Positions 1 through 11,435 are shown, numbered from the stretch's first letter. The stretch: DNA of 64,000 nucleotides from Salisapilia sapeloensis CBS 127946 (GCA_023334545.1 JAADVB010000019.1:62001-126000); one strand, 5' to 3'. The notes: generated from the letters alone by a model not told the origin. Program-made: numbers and translations.

Positions 1-2759
1 AAGCGAGAAAGAATGAGCGTAGTGTAGAGAGTGAGGAGTTTAAAGGAAACCATCCTTATCCTCACGAATGGGGGCAAATTTATAAATGAAGACTGGTAAC
101 TTAAACTGCGTACTCGTTTCCACGTCAACTGGCCCAGATGATATTAATCGATGACGTGTAAGGATGCAGCCAGCAAGGATGACTTCATACCAAGCAGGAT
201 ACAAGTATAAATAATGCCATCCGACGTCGACAACGGACGACAGTGAGCTGTCAATGACGGATTGTGCTTCCATTCTGACTAATTCGGGAAGAGTAAACAC
301 ATAATGCATCTGGGCAAGTTTTGGCACAATATGATAATGCATCTAACTTCAAACGCAGCGTGCACACATGCGAAAATAATAGACCAGATCTATAGAGAAC
401 ATGGAGACATAAAATTTACTTATCATCCTTGGAAATCTGTCAGCAAGGCTCACAGCTAGACTAAAGGACCTTCTATCTTCTCCTTGGTCTATTATATTGA
501 AAGATGACAGGGATAATGTAACCAGACGAGAATCGATACGGATACAATTGAAGCTCGCTCTACGGCTCATTACATTCACCAGGAGTTGATTTATCTTAAC
601 ACATATTTGACACAACAACATATTCTCCAGCTTCCAAGAAGGATGTCGTTGCGCAAGCGTGCAGGTTTAATTAGTGTCTCACACTTTTAGTGGGCTGCTG
701 AGGAACCTCGTGAGTCCAATCATCGCCATTCACTGCGCAGGCTTCGTTTAAATGGTATTGACGGTTAAAACGGTCTATAAATAAGCATCGAGGCTGAAGC
801 TGTTGCTGAAGATTGCAACAAAGAAGAAGGGTTCTATCCTAGAAATCACAACGCCACCACTGCTGCCTAGAGAAAACTGAGTCGTCCATTGCATCTTTCA
901 ATAGCTAGATTACAGGTAGTGATTTCTCATTCGGAAACTCCTGCTGTGCAGACTATAGTATGACTTATTTTCTTACTTGACTTGCTTGATCGTTAGTTGG
1001 AAAGCAAGTCAGCTGGATTATCAGGAAAGGATACATGCATAGTGTTAAAAAGGTGGACTGTCAAGGGCATGCGATGATTTGGGAGACATGCCCATTCTCT
1101 TGATGGACTCGGCTGGGTTACTACTGTAGAGAGTGCAAACTTGTGCTCTTGAGATATTTAACAAACAAAAGCAACATCAAAAGGAATATATTATTGTCAA
1201 GAAACTTGCTGCCAAAAACGTAGTGCAATACTTCAGAAGCAGCTACAGCTCTTCTTCTGACTGGTCAGCATCATGTTCGTGGAGGTGAAAGCCTCGTTCG
1301 TAGACTTCACAGATCACGAGCTTCAGATAATATTGCACAACGCTGCATTGCTGCAGGGTTTTCTTTTTTAATATGCTTCTAAGTAACACTCTTTCGCAGC
1401 TTTTGCCACGTTTTCGAAATCATTTCACTCTGCTGGACGTGCATCTGCTCTTGTTCAGCACGCACCTTCCTCAGTTGGTCGAGTATCTTTTATGCTTTAC
1501 ACGTATCTCTTTCTGCAGAGCATGCACCTCCTTCAGCTCATCACGTATCTCTTTCAGCTCAATGTGCATGTCGTTCTGCGAAACACTCATCGCATCCAGA
1601 TGACCACGCACCACACCTTGTTAGATACTCATTTCGCCCTGCAAAGTACTCATTTCATTCTATAGAGCATGCAGCTTGCTCTTTTGGGTGCTATTATTCT
1701 CCGTTAGGGTCTACATCCCATTCGTTTCAAAGACTTTGCCGTAAACCGACGCACACATATTCCAGGTCGCGCCAGCTGCTGCTTTTTGCGTTTCCAGTGC
1801 TTCTAGCATACGCTTTCACTCTGCTGACGATGACTGTGTGCTATAATTTTAATGGCGTAGAGGAAACAAGGATGAATTACTAGTCCCTGTGTTTGTAGTA
1901 ACATCGTCGACATTGCCACCTTCGTTTCTCTGTCCATATGAGAATCGAAAACTACGAGGCACGTTCACTCTTCTCTTCTTATCTCCTCCATCTAGCTTGT
2001 TATTACCAACATGATAGTGACTGCAGAAGCAATCCTCACAAAGACATTTTCCATACCTGTTGAGGTTGTTCTTTCCATCTTCGCTGGAGATGGAATCGTC
2101 GCTATCGCTCTGTACTTCATCCTCACTGGATAAGAAAGAGGTGTCCAATTCGAAGGCCATTGTGAGAAAATGGAGAAATGGCAAATGGAAAAGTTTGCAT
2201 TTGAGACGCATGGCAAGTGCAATTAGATCGTTGTTGTATGTATTCGATGATACGGAAATGGTATTGAAGAGCGGAAGGAATGGGATAATTCAAGTATTCT
2301 TTACTTGATGTATGCATATCGCTCTTGGTCGATAATTGTGGCTTTACATGCAGTAATCATATTCATGATAATCGAATCGGCAAACTCTGCGTTCATTGAG
2401 ATTCGCTGATTTTGCTTTGCCACTTGGCATTGGAAATCTAGCGAAAGACTTGAATATAACTTTCTCACCAAACTCGGAGTACAAAAGCAAATGATCGTTC
2501 GTTTTTAATGCAATCAAGAGAAAATGGTCTTCGAGAAGGCTTCAAGTCATGCCTAGTGCTCGAAATGCGCACATTTGAAAAAAGCGCGCGAAACACTCGC
2601 TCGACTTGGTGAGCTCTTCGCTACTATTTCAGAACAGGCGTAGTACATTGAGAGACGCAATAATTGGGCAACATTTGCGACTCATACTGCACTCCGTTCC
2701 GCTGAAATGGCGAAGAGTTCAATAGCGCAAGCAAATTGAATTCAACTTCGACCTGAAGG

Positions 2760-3035
2760 ACCACAGACGATCAACCACGATACACTCGACGCTACTCCCC
2801 GCTAAAGACTTGGCATTGATTCCTATTACGATGCTTGCATGGTTGTTCACATAGTACTCGATCTCCGTGTTGCATACTCGGTCATCTGCTCAACGTATAC
2901 GGCTTTAATGTATTACGAAGTTCAGCTCACGAATGCAGTGAATCCTGCATGATTCACGAACTAGATGATATATTGATCATAGTGCATTCATGCAAGCATT
3001 ATTCTCGCCTTGCTAACTTTTGTTCATGCTGTTAG
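2760..3035 (+). mobile_element. Possible highly decayed Ty3/gypsy reverse transcriptase remnant
   Basis: Broken frames give TTIHSTLLPAKDL and ELDDILIIVHS (2961 onward), resembling the LTR-retroelement RT pattern TIP..TPIPRKD...YFDDIFVHS; many stops; lies in a 3.8-kb gene-free region. Confidence 0.25.
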
Positions 3036-3809
3036 GTTGGCTTTTAGACACACTGATAATTTGCCGTCAAATGGTACCCTGATTTCTTAGCTCCTTCCAT
3101 TATTGAGGTGAATCAAGACCTTCCAACATCAAGGATACGTTGCAGACACATTGAAGGCAAAGGACCGTTTCGAAATCAATGTACAGCAGTGCATCTAGGT
3201 TTCAAAACTGATGCATATGAAGAGACGCAGACAAGAAACTAACTAGCAAAGTACTTAATTTCAAATACACTTCTACAATTATGGACATCATATATGGATA
3301 TTGATGGGAAATGGGCGGGGAAAATTCCAAACCCTGATATGAGAATGGGCTTGTGGTCGAGAAAAAGATGGATCAAGTTTTGGCCATGTTTCTCTGGCAG
3401 ATTTCACTCGCGTTTGGCTCTAGTAACCTAGCTGACCAAGGCAGGATGGAAATTAATCCAGCTAGCTTCTGCATACCGATAGACTGTCATATCATATTAT
3501 AAGAAAGAAGTATCGTAAATCAGTGCTACCCATAGATCTGGTGTAATGTTCCTACCAAGCGCGCTGGCTGCTGACCAAGACAGGTACACCCTCACTTCGT
3601 ACCGAAAGTACACCAAGATAAAATTTATCAAGCGGTTTCTGTATAAGCGTAGGTTTCATGAAAGCTATGAGAAACATATTAATACGAAAGAACGTGATAG
3701 ATTCAAGTGTATGCTGTTGTTCATGTCCTCAATCTGAAACGTCTATTTAAGCATCATTATCTTGAGCATATACTTTTGCCAGTAGTTTCAAATTGTCGTG
3801 AAGGGTTCC

Positions 3810-4514
3810 ATGTTGAGGGCGTTCTGGATAATGTCGCTACTAGCGACTGCTATCAGTGCACAAGTACACCACTATGCTTTCGAGTTTGACCCTACTACAG
3901 CGGCAGGCATTCGTGGACACATGCTGCTTAACTACGATTTCAACCATGACATGGAACAGCTTGGGGCAGGATTTTATTTCGATGTGTTTTCGAGTGTTGT
4001 TGAGGCGCAATTGATAGTTCAGCTTGATTTTTCTCAAGCGAATGTCTCGTCGTTATCGTGCAATGCCGAGGACATGGTCTATAAATGGACTATCAACACG
4101 ATGTGGTCGGATGTAAATGCAACATCATTTGGACTCGATCAATGCGCCAAAGAATACGCTGGCAATGTATTGGATCTGTCTTACATATGCGGCCCTGATT
4201 CCGAGCATGCGGATGAACCAGACTGCCTATCATACATGGGCGACTACGACTATTTGTGCGAGCCCAGTACGTACGCGGAAGACTGGAGCGTATGCCAAGA
4301 GGGGGATCTATCTGGGAAATTTGGAGTCCTTGCTCCGAAAGCAAACGGTATTGTGAATAAAGTTATCATTGATGAATACAGTCCGGGTGAAATGGACATC
4401 CATAGCGAATGGAACCTCGTCCTTTCGGCCATGTGCCAGAATACCACCGAACGCATCGCATGCGCCGTGATCCAAGCAAAAGATGCTCAAGGAGACACCA
4501 TCACAATCGAATGA
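3810..4514 (+). CDS. Secreted Cu/Zn-SOD-fold protein (Cu-only SOD-like family), metal ligands apparently lost
   Basis: ATG at 3810; signal peptide MLRAFWIMSLLATAISA; family-type motifs CGPDSE, CQEGDLSGKFG, WNLVLSA and RIACA. Confidence 0.75.
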   Translation: MLRAFWIMSLLATAISAQVHHYAFEFDPTTAAGIRGHMLLNYDFNHDMEQLGAGFYFDVFSSVVEAQLIVQLDFSQANVSSLSCNAEDMVYKWTINTMWSDVNATSFGLDQCAKEYAGNVLDLSYICGPDSEHADEPDCLSYMGDYDYLCEPSTYAEDWSVCQEGDLSGKFGVLAPKANGIVNKVIIDEYSPGEMDIHSEWNLVLSAMCQNTTERIACAVIQAKDAQGDTITIE

Positions 4515-4695
4515 TAACTCAACAAACCCAAATAAAAACATTTGAAGCTTTCGTCCACGTTACCATATCATATTGAAGTTACCGGACATATGTTTACTTC
4601 AAAGTATCTTCAATAGAATGCACATGTATAGTCTTGGAGCTAATTATACACCTGAATTATCCTCCACGAAAATCATTTGAATCTGCTTTGTGATC

Positions 4696-5658
4696 ATGTT
4701 CCGCTCGTTCCTCCAGCGTTCGGTGCGTCTGACCGCCGGTCAGCGTAATCTGAGCACGTACAAGCCTGACATGGCTGCCATTAAGCAATTGCGAGCTGAG
4801 TCGCAGGCTCCTCTCAAGGACGTGAAGGAAGCCTTGACGGCGACGGAAGGTGACTTTCCGGCTGCATTCGAGTGGCTACGGAAAAAGGGCATTGCATCTG
4901 CCTCGAAGAAGGCTGATAGAGCCACTGCCGAAGGTCTCATTGGCGTGCACGTCCAAGGCACGTCCGGTGCAATTGTTGAAATCAATAGCGAGACGGACTT
5001 TGTGGCGCGCAACGACGCGTTCCAGGACCTTGTGTCCAAGACGGCGCAGGCGCTTGCATCCCACAATGCGTCCAATGCCTTGTTGGAAAGCGAGGCACTG
5101 AACGGCATCGTCGTCGGTGACGCAACGCTGGGTGAAACGGTTCCGTCGCTCATTGGCAAGGTCGGTGAAAACGTCTTTGCTCGACGTGGTGCCGTCGCCC
5201 AAGTGGACAACGGTGTCGTCTGCAGCTACCTGCACAATAGCGTTGCCCCCGGACTTGGCCGATCGGGTGCTCTCGTTGCGATCGAGTACGACTCATCTGC
5301 CACGCCGGAACAGCAGGAGGCTGTGGCTGGTATCGGCCACCGCCTCGCCATGCACGTCGTGGCCGCTCGACCCAAGTACTTGAACCGTGACTCTGTGCCG
5401 GAGGATGTAGTGAGTAAGGAGAAGGCTTTCTTGATGGATCAGAGCAAGGACTCTGGCAAGCCAGAGCACATTCTCGAGAAGATGATCAGCGGTCGCTTGA
5501 ACAAATTCTTTAGTGAAATGACCTTGTTAGATCAAGAGCATTTCATTGAAGAAGGGTCGCCCAAGATTAGCAAATTCTTAGACGAAGCGAGTGACAAGAT
5601 CGGTGTCTCGTTGCAAGTGAAGAGCTACCATCGGTTTGAGATTGGAGAAGAAAATTAG
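4696..5658 (+). CDS. TSFM: Mitochondrial translation elongation factor Ts
   Basis: Presequence MFRSFLQRSVRL; IKQLRAES, WLRKKG, ATAEGLI, VEINSETDFVARN, LAMHVVA and GRLNKFFSEMTLLDQ motifs; intronless. Confidence 0.96.
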   Translation: MFRSFLQRSVRLTAGQRNLSTYKPDMAAIKQLRAESQAPLKDVKEALTATEGDFPAAFEWLRKKGIASASKKADRATAEGLIGVHVQGTSGAIVEINSETDFVARNDAFQDLVSKTAQALASHNASNALLESEALNGIVVGDATLGETVPSLIGKVGENVFARRGAVAQVDNGVVCSYLHNSVAPGLGRSGALVAIEYDSSATPEQQEAVAGIGHRLAMHVVAARPKYLNRDSVPEDVVSKEKAFLMDQSKDSGKPEHILEKMISGRLNKFFSEMTLLDQEHFIEEGSPKISKFLDEASDKIGVSLQVKSYHRFEIGEEN

Positions 5659-5708
5659 AGAAAAGATTGCTTTTTCGTGACGAGAGAACCAAAACTGGTT
5701 GCATTCAA

Positions 5709-6665
5709 TTAATACATGAACACTGGGTTGTCTACCGTGATCACGCGGTCTTCCTTGGCAAGAGCAGCGCGAATGGGTTTCGGCACGCCAAAGACACCCA
5801 GATGGCTCACGCCATCATAGAAGTGCAGCGGCTTACTAAGGCGATGCGCAATCCGGTCGTCCGTCTCATCTGTCGAGCGCTGGATCACAGACGCTGCGTC
5901 TGTCTTTTTCACCATGGCCATGTTGAACGCCCACATGCAGCCAAAGGACGGGATGTCGACCGTGTACGGGATGACTGTCGGGAAAGCAGTTTCAAGCGTG
6001 TTGTGGATGGCAGAGAAACACTCTTGGTAGTTGTAGATGGCACCTGGACCAGACTGAGTGACCAAGATACCTTCGTCATTGAGCTTGTTGGCAGCAAACG
6101 AGTAGAATTCTTCCGTGTACAGGACGTATCCTGGACCGGCTTCAATTGGATCGGCAATGTCCATGATGATGACATCAAAGGTACCTTCATAGTTTTTCAA
6201 AAAAGCGTGCGCATCCGTGTAGTGGACTTCCAGTCTAGGGTCTTCAAACGCACCGTCATTCCACTCGGGCATTTGCTCTCTGCACATGTTGCAAACAAGC
6301 TCATCAATGTCGACCATGACAACCTTTTCGACAGACTTGTGCTTGAGCACTTCACGAGCAGTAGCAAATTCACCACCACCGCCAATGTAAACGGTCTTTG
6401 GGTTGGGGTGGCTGAGCATCGCCGGGTGGACGAGTGACTCGTGGTAGACGAACTCGTCACGTTGCGCCGACTGCGTCTTGCCATCCAAGACCATCGTCCT
6501 GCCGAACGGACCGGTCTCAATGATCTGCATCCGTTGGAAGTCCGACTTGCCTTCGAACGTGATGTTTTTCAAACCGACCGAAAGGTACATTTCTTCGGTC
6601 AATTCCTCCTTGTACCAAAAGGCAGGAGATTCATGAGTAGCTGCAGAAGATGGATCACTTGACAT
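5709..6665 (-). CDS. ACL5: Polyamine aminopropyltransferase, thermospermine synthase (ACL5)-like
   Basis: LDGKTQSA, FVYHESLVHP, IGGGGEFATARE, DIADPIEAGPGYVLYTEEFY; probable ATG 6665 (MSSDPS). Confidence 0.85.
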   Translation of the reverse strand: MSSDPSSAATHESPAFWYKEELTEEMYLSVGLKNITFEGKSDFQRMQIIETGPFGRTMVLDGKTQSAQRDEFVYHESLVHPAMLSHPNPKTVYIGGGGEFATAREVLKHKSVEKVVMVDIDELVCNMCREQMPEWNDGAFEDPRLEVHYTDAHAFLKNYEGTFDVIIMDIADPIEAGPGYVLYTEEFYSFAANKLNDEGILVTQSGPGAIYNYQECFSAIHNTLETAFPTVIPYTVDIPSFGCMWAFNMAMVKKTDAASVIQRSTDETDDRIAHRLSKPLHFYDGVSHLGVFGVPKPIRAALAKEDRVITVDNPVFMY

Positions 6666-6880
6666 GGTTGCTAGCAGAGATACTGTACGGTGGATGCAAT
6701 CTGAATACAAGTGGTGGCATTTAATGTCCAGTCATGCGTTCCTGTTTATTGACGCCAGATATCCAGCCTGAGTACGAAATAAAGATCGCTTTTTAGAAAA
6801 CACTGGATCACGTAATCGAACAGATTCCACGTATTTTTGGTTTTTCAATTCCTCCGGTCCTCGTTCGCTTCGGTATCAAA

Positions 6881-7870
6881 ATGTGTTCACATTGCCAGCG
6901 CTTGCGAAAGGACTTGCCACAGGCGTTGGAAAGTCAATGCCGGCTTTCGTCGTCGGATACGGACATGGAGACAGATGGAGAATGCTCTCTCCCTTCCACT
7001 CTTTCCACGAAATACCCACTATCCCAACGCAAGTCGGAGACCTCTGACATGGGCGTTTGCTATACCAAGTGCGTCGACGTGGGGGCAATGGACCCGAGCT
7101 TGTACGACCAACGATCGGTGATGGCGACGGCGAACGACCCTCTGCTTGCCGTCTACGGTCGCAACGTTGCCATGGAGAGACAGGACCAGGCCTCGAAGGT
7201 TCAGAAAACCGTGACAGCAACGAAAATGCCGGTGGATGCCAAAGTCAACGATCTGGAAGAGTGGGGAGTCACTACTTCTCAAGCGACAGTTGTAGAAAGC
7301 TCTCTAGTTGTCGACTACGAAGATGCCGACGCACGAACAGTATCGTCCCACAGTGCGTCTGTTGAATGTGCTGTCGATGCGTGCGGTACTTTGGATACAA
7401 TTTTGCCGGCGGAAAGTCGCGACGATGAAATGGATATTACGAAACTTCAGTCTAAGACGCGACCGAGGGCACTTAGTGGAAATGGTAGTAAATCGGGCGT
7501 CCGAAGGGGGAGATCTACGAGTACGTCGAACGTCGTGACAGAGGAAGAGCAACCAGCAGCGGAAACAAGATGTTCCTCGTTGCCCCGTCTGTGTCATTGC
7601 GAAGTGAAACTTCACGCTTCTCGCGACTCTTGCTGGCTTGTATCCAAAGGAAACGTTTACGACGTGACAGGTCTACTGGACGCCCATCCAGGTGGTGAAC
7701 GCGCCATCTTGCGGAAAGCTGGAGGCCCCGATTGCCACGAAGACATGATGTTCCATACGAAACGCGCTCGGAAGATCATGGACAAGTGTTTCATTGGGAA
7801 ACTTCAATCTTGCTGTACTGGAGACGCAAGTCAGACTGCGGGTGAAGCTGCGAACTGTTGTATACAGTAA
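6881..7870 (+). CDS. Cytochrome b5-like heme-binding domain protein with long disordered N-terminus
   Basis: C-terminal SCWLVSKGNVYDVT...HPGG...FH...FIGKL b5 fold with both axial His; protein ends CCIQ. Confidence 0.85.
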   Translation: MCSHCQRLRKDLPQALESQCRLSSSDTDMETDGECSLPSTLSTKYPLSQRKSETSDMGVCYTKCVDVGAMDPSLYDQRSVMATANDPLLAVYGRNVAMERQDQASKVQKTVTATKMPVDAKVNDLEEWGVTTSQATVVESSLVVDYEDADARTVSSHSASVECAVDACGTLDTILPAESRDDEMDITKLQSKTRPRALSGNGSKSGVRRGRSTSTSNVVTEEEQPAAETRCSSLPRLCHCEVKLHASRDSCWLVSKGNVYDVTGLLDAHPGGERAILRKAGGPDCHEDMMFHTKRARKIMDKCFIGKLQSCCTGDASQTAGEAANCCIQ

Positions 7871-7950
7871 GCAACTTGTTGACTCTTAGAAAAGTAACTT
7901 GCATGTAACCACACTCTATTTTCGAAAAAAGGATTGATTTCGCATCATTT

Positions 7951-8631
7951 TCAAGTGAATTGCTTCATGAACTCGGTGGCGACGATACGGCCACGGGCGT
8001 TGAGTGAAATTTTCATTTCACTGATCTCTTTATCAATGTCCTGCATGAACTGGATGATAAAGTCGATCAGCTTGTGCTTGTACATGTTCTCCAAGTGCGT
8101 ATGGACAATCAGGAAGCTCATGTCGTAGCCCTGTAGATCGTAAAATAAATTAAAAATGTACTTGAGAATGTTAGTGAATGATAAATTACTTGCACAGGTA
8201 CGCGTCGCATGACAATGAATTGCTCGGCACGTTGCATGAGGAAACGATTGAACTTGTGACACAAGATGTGTTCAATTTCGTCCGCTTGCTTGATGCAAAT
8301 GCTCACTCGCGTCGAATTGATGGAGGGTTCAATCAGACATTTCTCTGCTTCATTCCGATGGATGAGCACAGGGTTCAGCAGCAACTCCTTGTTCATACTA
8401 GAAAGAGATAAAACTAGAACTAATTACTTCGTTGAAGATAAAAGTACCGTAGCTCGACCTCCGGTTTGTTGTGTCGTTCAACGACTTGGGAGGGAAAGTT
8501 GCGGAGACATAGTGCCGAATCAAGGGAGTTGCGGATGGCCGTGAGGTAGGGTGCTAACGTGTTGGCCTAGGATTGCGGAAAACGATAAGTTTAGGCAGAA
8601 AGAAGGTAGGAAGAAGCGATCTGTTCACCAT
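7951..8631 (-). CDS. ARPC4: Arp2/3 complex subunit 4 (p20-Arc), 4 exons
   Basis: Exons 8631-8629, 8566-8448, 8397-8190, 8130-7951 with GT-AG introns give 169 aa: MANTLAPYL...[16 protein letters not shown]...GYDMSFL...[24 protein letters not shown]. Confidence 0.95.
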
Positions 8632-8763
8632 TTTGAGATCGTGTTGTGAATTTGTGTTTTTCGAAGATGAAGGAAGAGTCTTAGATGCATTGTATTGGCT
8701 GAAATGTTCTTTTACATATTTTGATTAGATAAATCTATTTGACACGATTTAGCTAAACGCAGC

Positions 8764-9297
8764 ATGTATCATGAGCAGCAACAGCTCTATCGATGCGCTG
8801 TTCATGCCATCAACAACTTGCTCCAGCGGAAGGCTGTTACAAGTGAGCGTATGGATGAGATAAGTGATGAGATTCTTGCTGGCACAGACCCGTCCTTGCA
8901 GGACACATCCATCACGTCGAAAGTCTTCCACCCGCTTCGAGCGCCACTTGGATTTGGCAACTACGACATCAATGTGATCACTTCTACATTGGCCAAAGAA
9001 GGTTATGAAGTGAAATGGTTTGATAAACGACGCCCTATCGACAAGGACACCATCGACTTTGAATCGATCGAGGGCATTTTATGTAATGTCATTGTATCAG
9101 GCTGGCTCTGGAATGGCCGGCACTGGTTTGCGATCAAGCAAGTCGATGGCCACATGTATAATTTGGATTCCAAATTGCCGTCGCCGAAATCGTATCAAGA
9201 TGACGTCAAGTGCTACCGCTACCTGGAGGAATTAGTGGCCAGTGGCGACTGTGAGCTCTTCATCGTGCGCAAGATGACTCTTGAAGTTCCTACCTGA
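8764..9297 (+). CDS. JOSD: Josephin-domain deubiquitinase (JOSD1/2-like)
   Basis: MYHEQQ...CAVHAINNLLQ (catalytic Cys), GNYDINV, RHWFAIK (His), YNLDSKL (Asp). Confidence 0.9.
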   Translation: MYHEQQQLYRCAVHAINNLLQRKAVTSERMDEISDEILAGTDPSLQDTSITSKVFHPLRAPLGFGNYDINVITSTLAKEGYEVKWFDKRRPIDKDTIDFESIEGILCNVIVSGWLWNGRHWFAIKQVDGHMYNLDSKLPSPKSYQDDVKCYRYLEELVASGDCELFIVRKMTLEVPT

Positions 9298-9496
9298 GAT
9301 TTCCATATACTTTGTTCTAGTTCCAATCACCTTGAAAGGTCGTTGCAATAGACACGCATAGGATTCCTTCTCTGCATGCCTATGCTTCCGCCTTCGTTTC
9401 TTCTTTTCCCCATGCTCATTTACCAATTCGCTACGAACCTGACTTCTCGACGGTGCATTTGGCTTCGTCGATCTCAACGGAAAGCTCGAAACAGCA

Positions 9497-10468
9497 ATGT
9501 GCAAACCATGCCTCTTCAGTGATGCCATGCCCATGGCCCTCTTCGATTCGGATGCCATGACCCAATCGAACTACAAGTTCCCGTCGGAACTTGAATCGTT
9601 TTCGGATAGCATGTCCGAAAGTTCGTTCGATCAGGACGATGACATGTCTTACTCGGAAGGTGAAAGTGACTTTCTCGAGGAAATTGATGATGATCTACCT
9701 CGTCAAGCGACAAAAGTGTTAAAGGTCGTTACGAACGACAATTACCAAGCGCATGAACTGCTTCTTCGACAGCACGAACGTCTTGAAGCTCGTATCACTG
9801 CATTTGACGATGAGTTAGCTGCATTGAAAAATAGTGCGATTGCAAACGTCATTAATCAAAGCAAGCGACGAGCTCAAGTGGCGCAGATCGGTGCTGATGT
9901 GGAATTGGCACAATCGTTGGGAAACGTAAATATGGTGGAAGACTTGGCTGCCGAGTTGAAAGCTCTTCAGGACGAAGGCAAACGACAGGCCGACACGTTT
10001 GAGCAATTGAAGGAAGCAATTCGGAGCACAAAACGAGCGAAGAGAGAAGCTCAGATGGACAAGTTGGAAGCGGAAGACCGTCTGCGCAACTTCCACAAGA
10101 AGCAATGGATCGTGGAACAATTGCTTAAGACCTGCGAAGATGAAGCTGCGTCCACGGACGACAGTAGCGACGAATGCAGTAGCTACGACGGATCGTCCGT
10201 AGACGGCGATATTGAATTCAACCCGGAGGACTTTGCCACGGACGATGAAGAAGAGGAAGATGAGTTTCCAATGGACGGCGCGGAGAGTTCAGTCTTTAGC
10301 TCCGAGGTGAGTGCGATGTACTCGTCGGACTTGGGTCTGAGTGAAGGTGGTAGGAAACCTTCATTCGGCAACAAGTCCCGTTTGCGTCGCTCGAGATCCG
10401 TGAGCTTTGCCATGGACTCTTGCAACGTCGTACCGTCGGAAACTCAATTATTACCGATTATGGCGTAA
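9497..10468 (+). CDS. Hypothetical acidic coiled-coil protein
   Basis: 323-aa ORF with coding-like codon use; acidic Ser/Asp/Glu ends and a central heptad-like region; no family recognised; start codon uncertain. Confidence 0.7.
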   Translation: MCKPCLFSDAMPMALFDSDAMTQSNYKFPSELESFSDSMSESSFDQDDDMSYSEGESDFLEEIDDDLPRQATKVLKVVTNDNYQAHELLLRQHERLEARITAFDDELAALKNSAIANVINQSKRRAQVAQIGADVELAQSLGNVNMVEDLAAELKALQDEGKRQADTFEQLKEAIRSTKRAKREAQMDKLEAEDRLRNFHKKQWIVEQLLKTCEDEAASTDDSSDECSSYDGSSVDGDIEFNPEDFATDDEEEEDEFPMDGAESSVFSSEVSAMYSSDLGLSEGGRKPSFGNKSRLRRSRSVSFAMDSCNVVPSETQLLPIMA

Positions 10469-10877
10469 CGTGGAAACATCGGAAAGAAGGTTGAAGCGTA
10501 AAATCTTTTAAATTTAGTCTTGTCAATAGGAAGCATGGCTACTTTGTCTTTTTCATCAGAGCAAGTACTCCTTCAAAAGAAGGGGTTTTCTGCATTGAGG
10601 ATGTACCTCGTCAGAGCAGATCTTGGTATTTTTGCAACATCATCTGAAATCTATCTCGGGTCTGTCCTACGCGGCAAATTCAAAAGTGAATCACAGGCCA
10701 GTCGATTTGATGTGTTATAAACTTGATATTAACGATATGCATAACATGTTCAAATATCGTTTCAATACGATCTTGAACGGACGCAGTTTTGAAACGGATT
10801 CTGCTTCTGGCCGCGTCTCTCCAACATTAGTTTAGGAATTGGCGCTGCGCGTACGATCAAGAAAGACATCATCAAGA

Positions 10878-11435
10878 ATGGGATTGCTAAACCTCTTGCG
10901 AAAGCTAAAGAAAGATGACAGTGAAGCACGCATCCTTGTCCTCGGTTTAGATAATGGTGGTAAGACAACGATCCTAAAGAAGCTGTCCGAGGAAGACATC
11001 AGCCACATTATGCCGACGCAAGGATTTAATGTCAAGAGTCTGCAGGTCGATGGGTTTAAGCTGAACATGTGGGATATCGGTGGGCAAAAGACCATCCGTC
11101 CGTATTGGCGCAACTACTATGAGCAGACGGATGCGCTTATCTACGTCATTGACAGCGCTGACCGGCGTCGAATGGAAGAAGCTGGCATGGAACTCGTGAC
11201 ACTACTAGAGGAAGAGAAACTCGGCAACGTCCCCATTCTCGTCTTTGCTAACAAGCAGGATTTACTGAATGCTTTGTCTTCTGCCGAAATCTCGACAGCG
11301 TTGAATCTTTCGACAATTCGTGACCGATCGTGGCACATCCAAGCTTGTTCTGCGAAGACCGGTGAAGGCCTTCAGGATGGTATGGAATGGATAGTCAACA
11401 CCATGGGTTCTGGCACTGGTAAGGAAGCGAAATAG
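10878..11435 (+). CDS. ARL3: ADP-ribosylation factor-like GTPase 3
   Basis: [52 protein letters not shown]; ATG at 10878. Confidence 0.93.
   Translation: MGLLNLLRKLKKDDSEARILVLGLDNGGKTTILKKLSEEDISHIMPTQGFNVKSLQVDGFKLNMWDIGGQKTIRPYWRNYYEQTDALIYVIDSADRRRMEEAGMELVTLLEEEKLGNVPILVFANKQDLLNALSSAEISTALNLSTIRDRSWHIQACSAKTGEGLQDGMEWIVNTMGSGTGKEAK

Noticed and set aside
40-1300. Short minus-strand ORFs at the window start
   Set aside because: No recognisable motifs or coding-like composition; probably non-coding or unrecognisable TE debris.
1373-2211. Minus-strand acidic ORF (MAFELDTSFLSSEDE...) followed by a broken coiled-coil frame (ELKEIRDELKEVHALQKE)
   Set aside because: Could be a decayed gene, but frames are interrupted, no splice model or family motif was found, and there is no clear start-to-stop structure.
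5667-6437. 256-aa plus-strand ORF, plus other long overlapping ORFs (12653-13498, 31139-31846, 54009-54734, 57631-58470, 60884-62284)
   Set aside because: Antisense or alternate-frame shadows of well-supported genes, expected from codon bias and repeats.
10935-10975. ARL3 P-loop reads GLDNGGKT instead of GLDNAGKT
   Set aside because: A single small-residue change at a variable position; all other G motifs are canonical.
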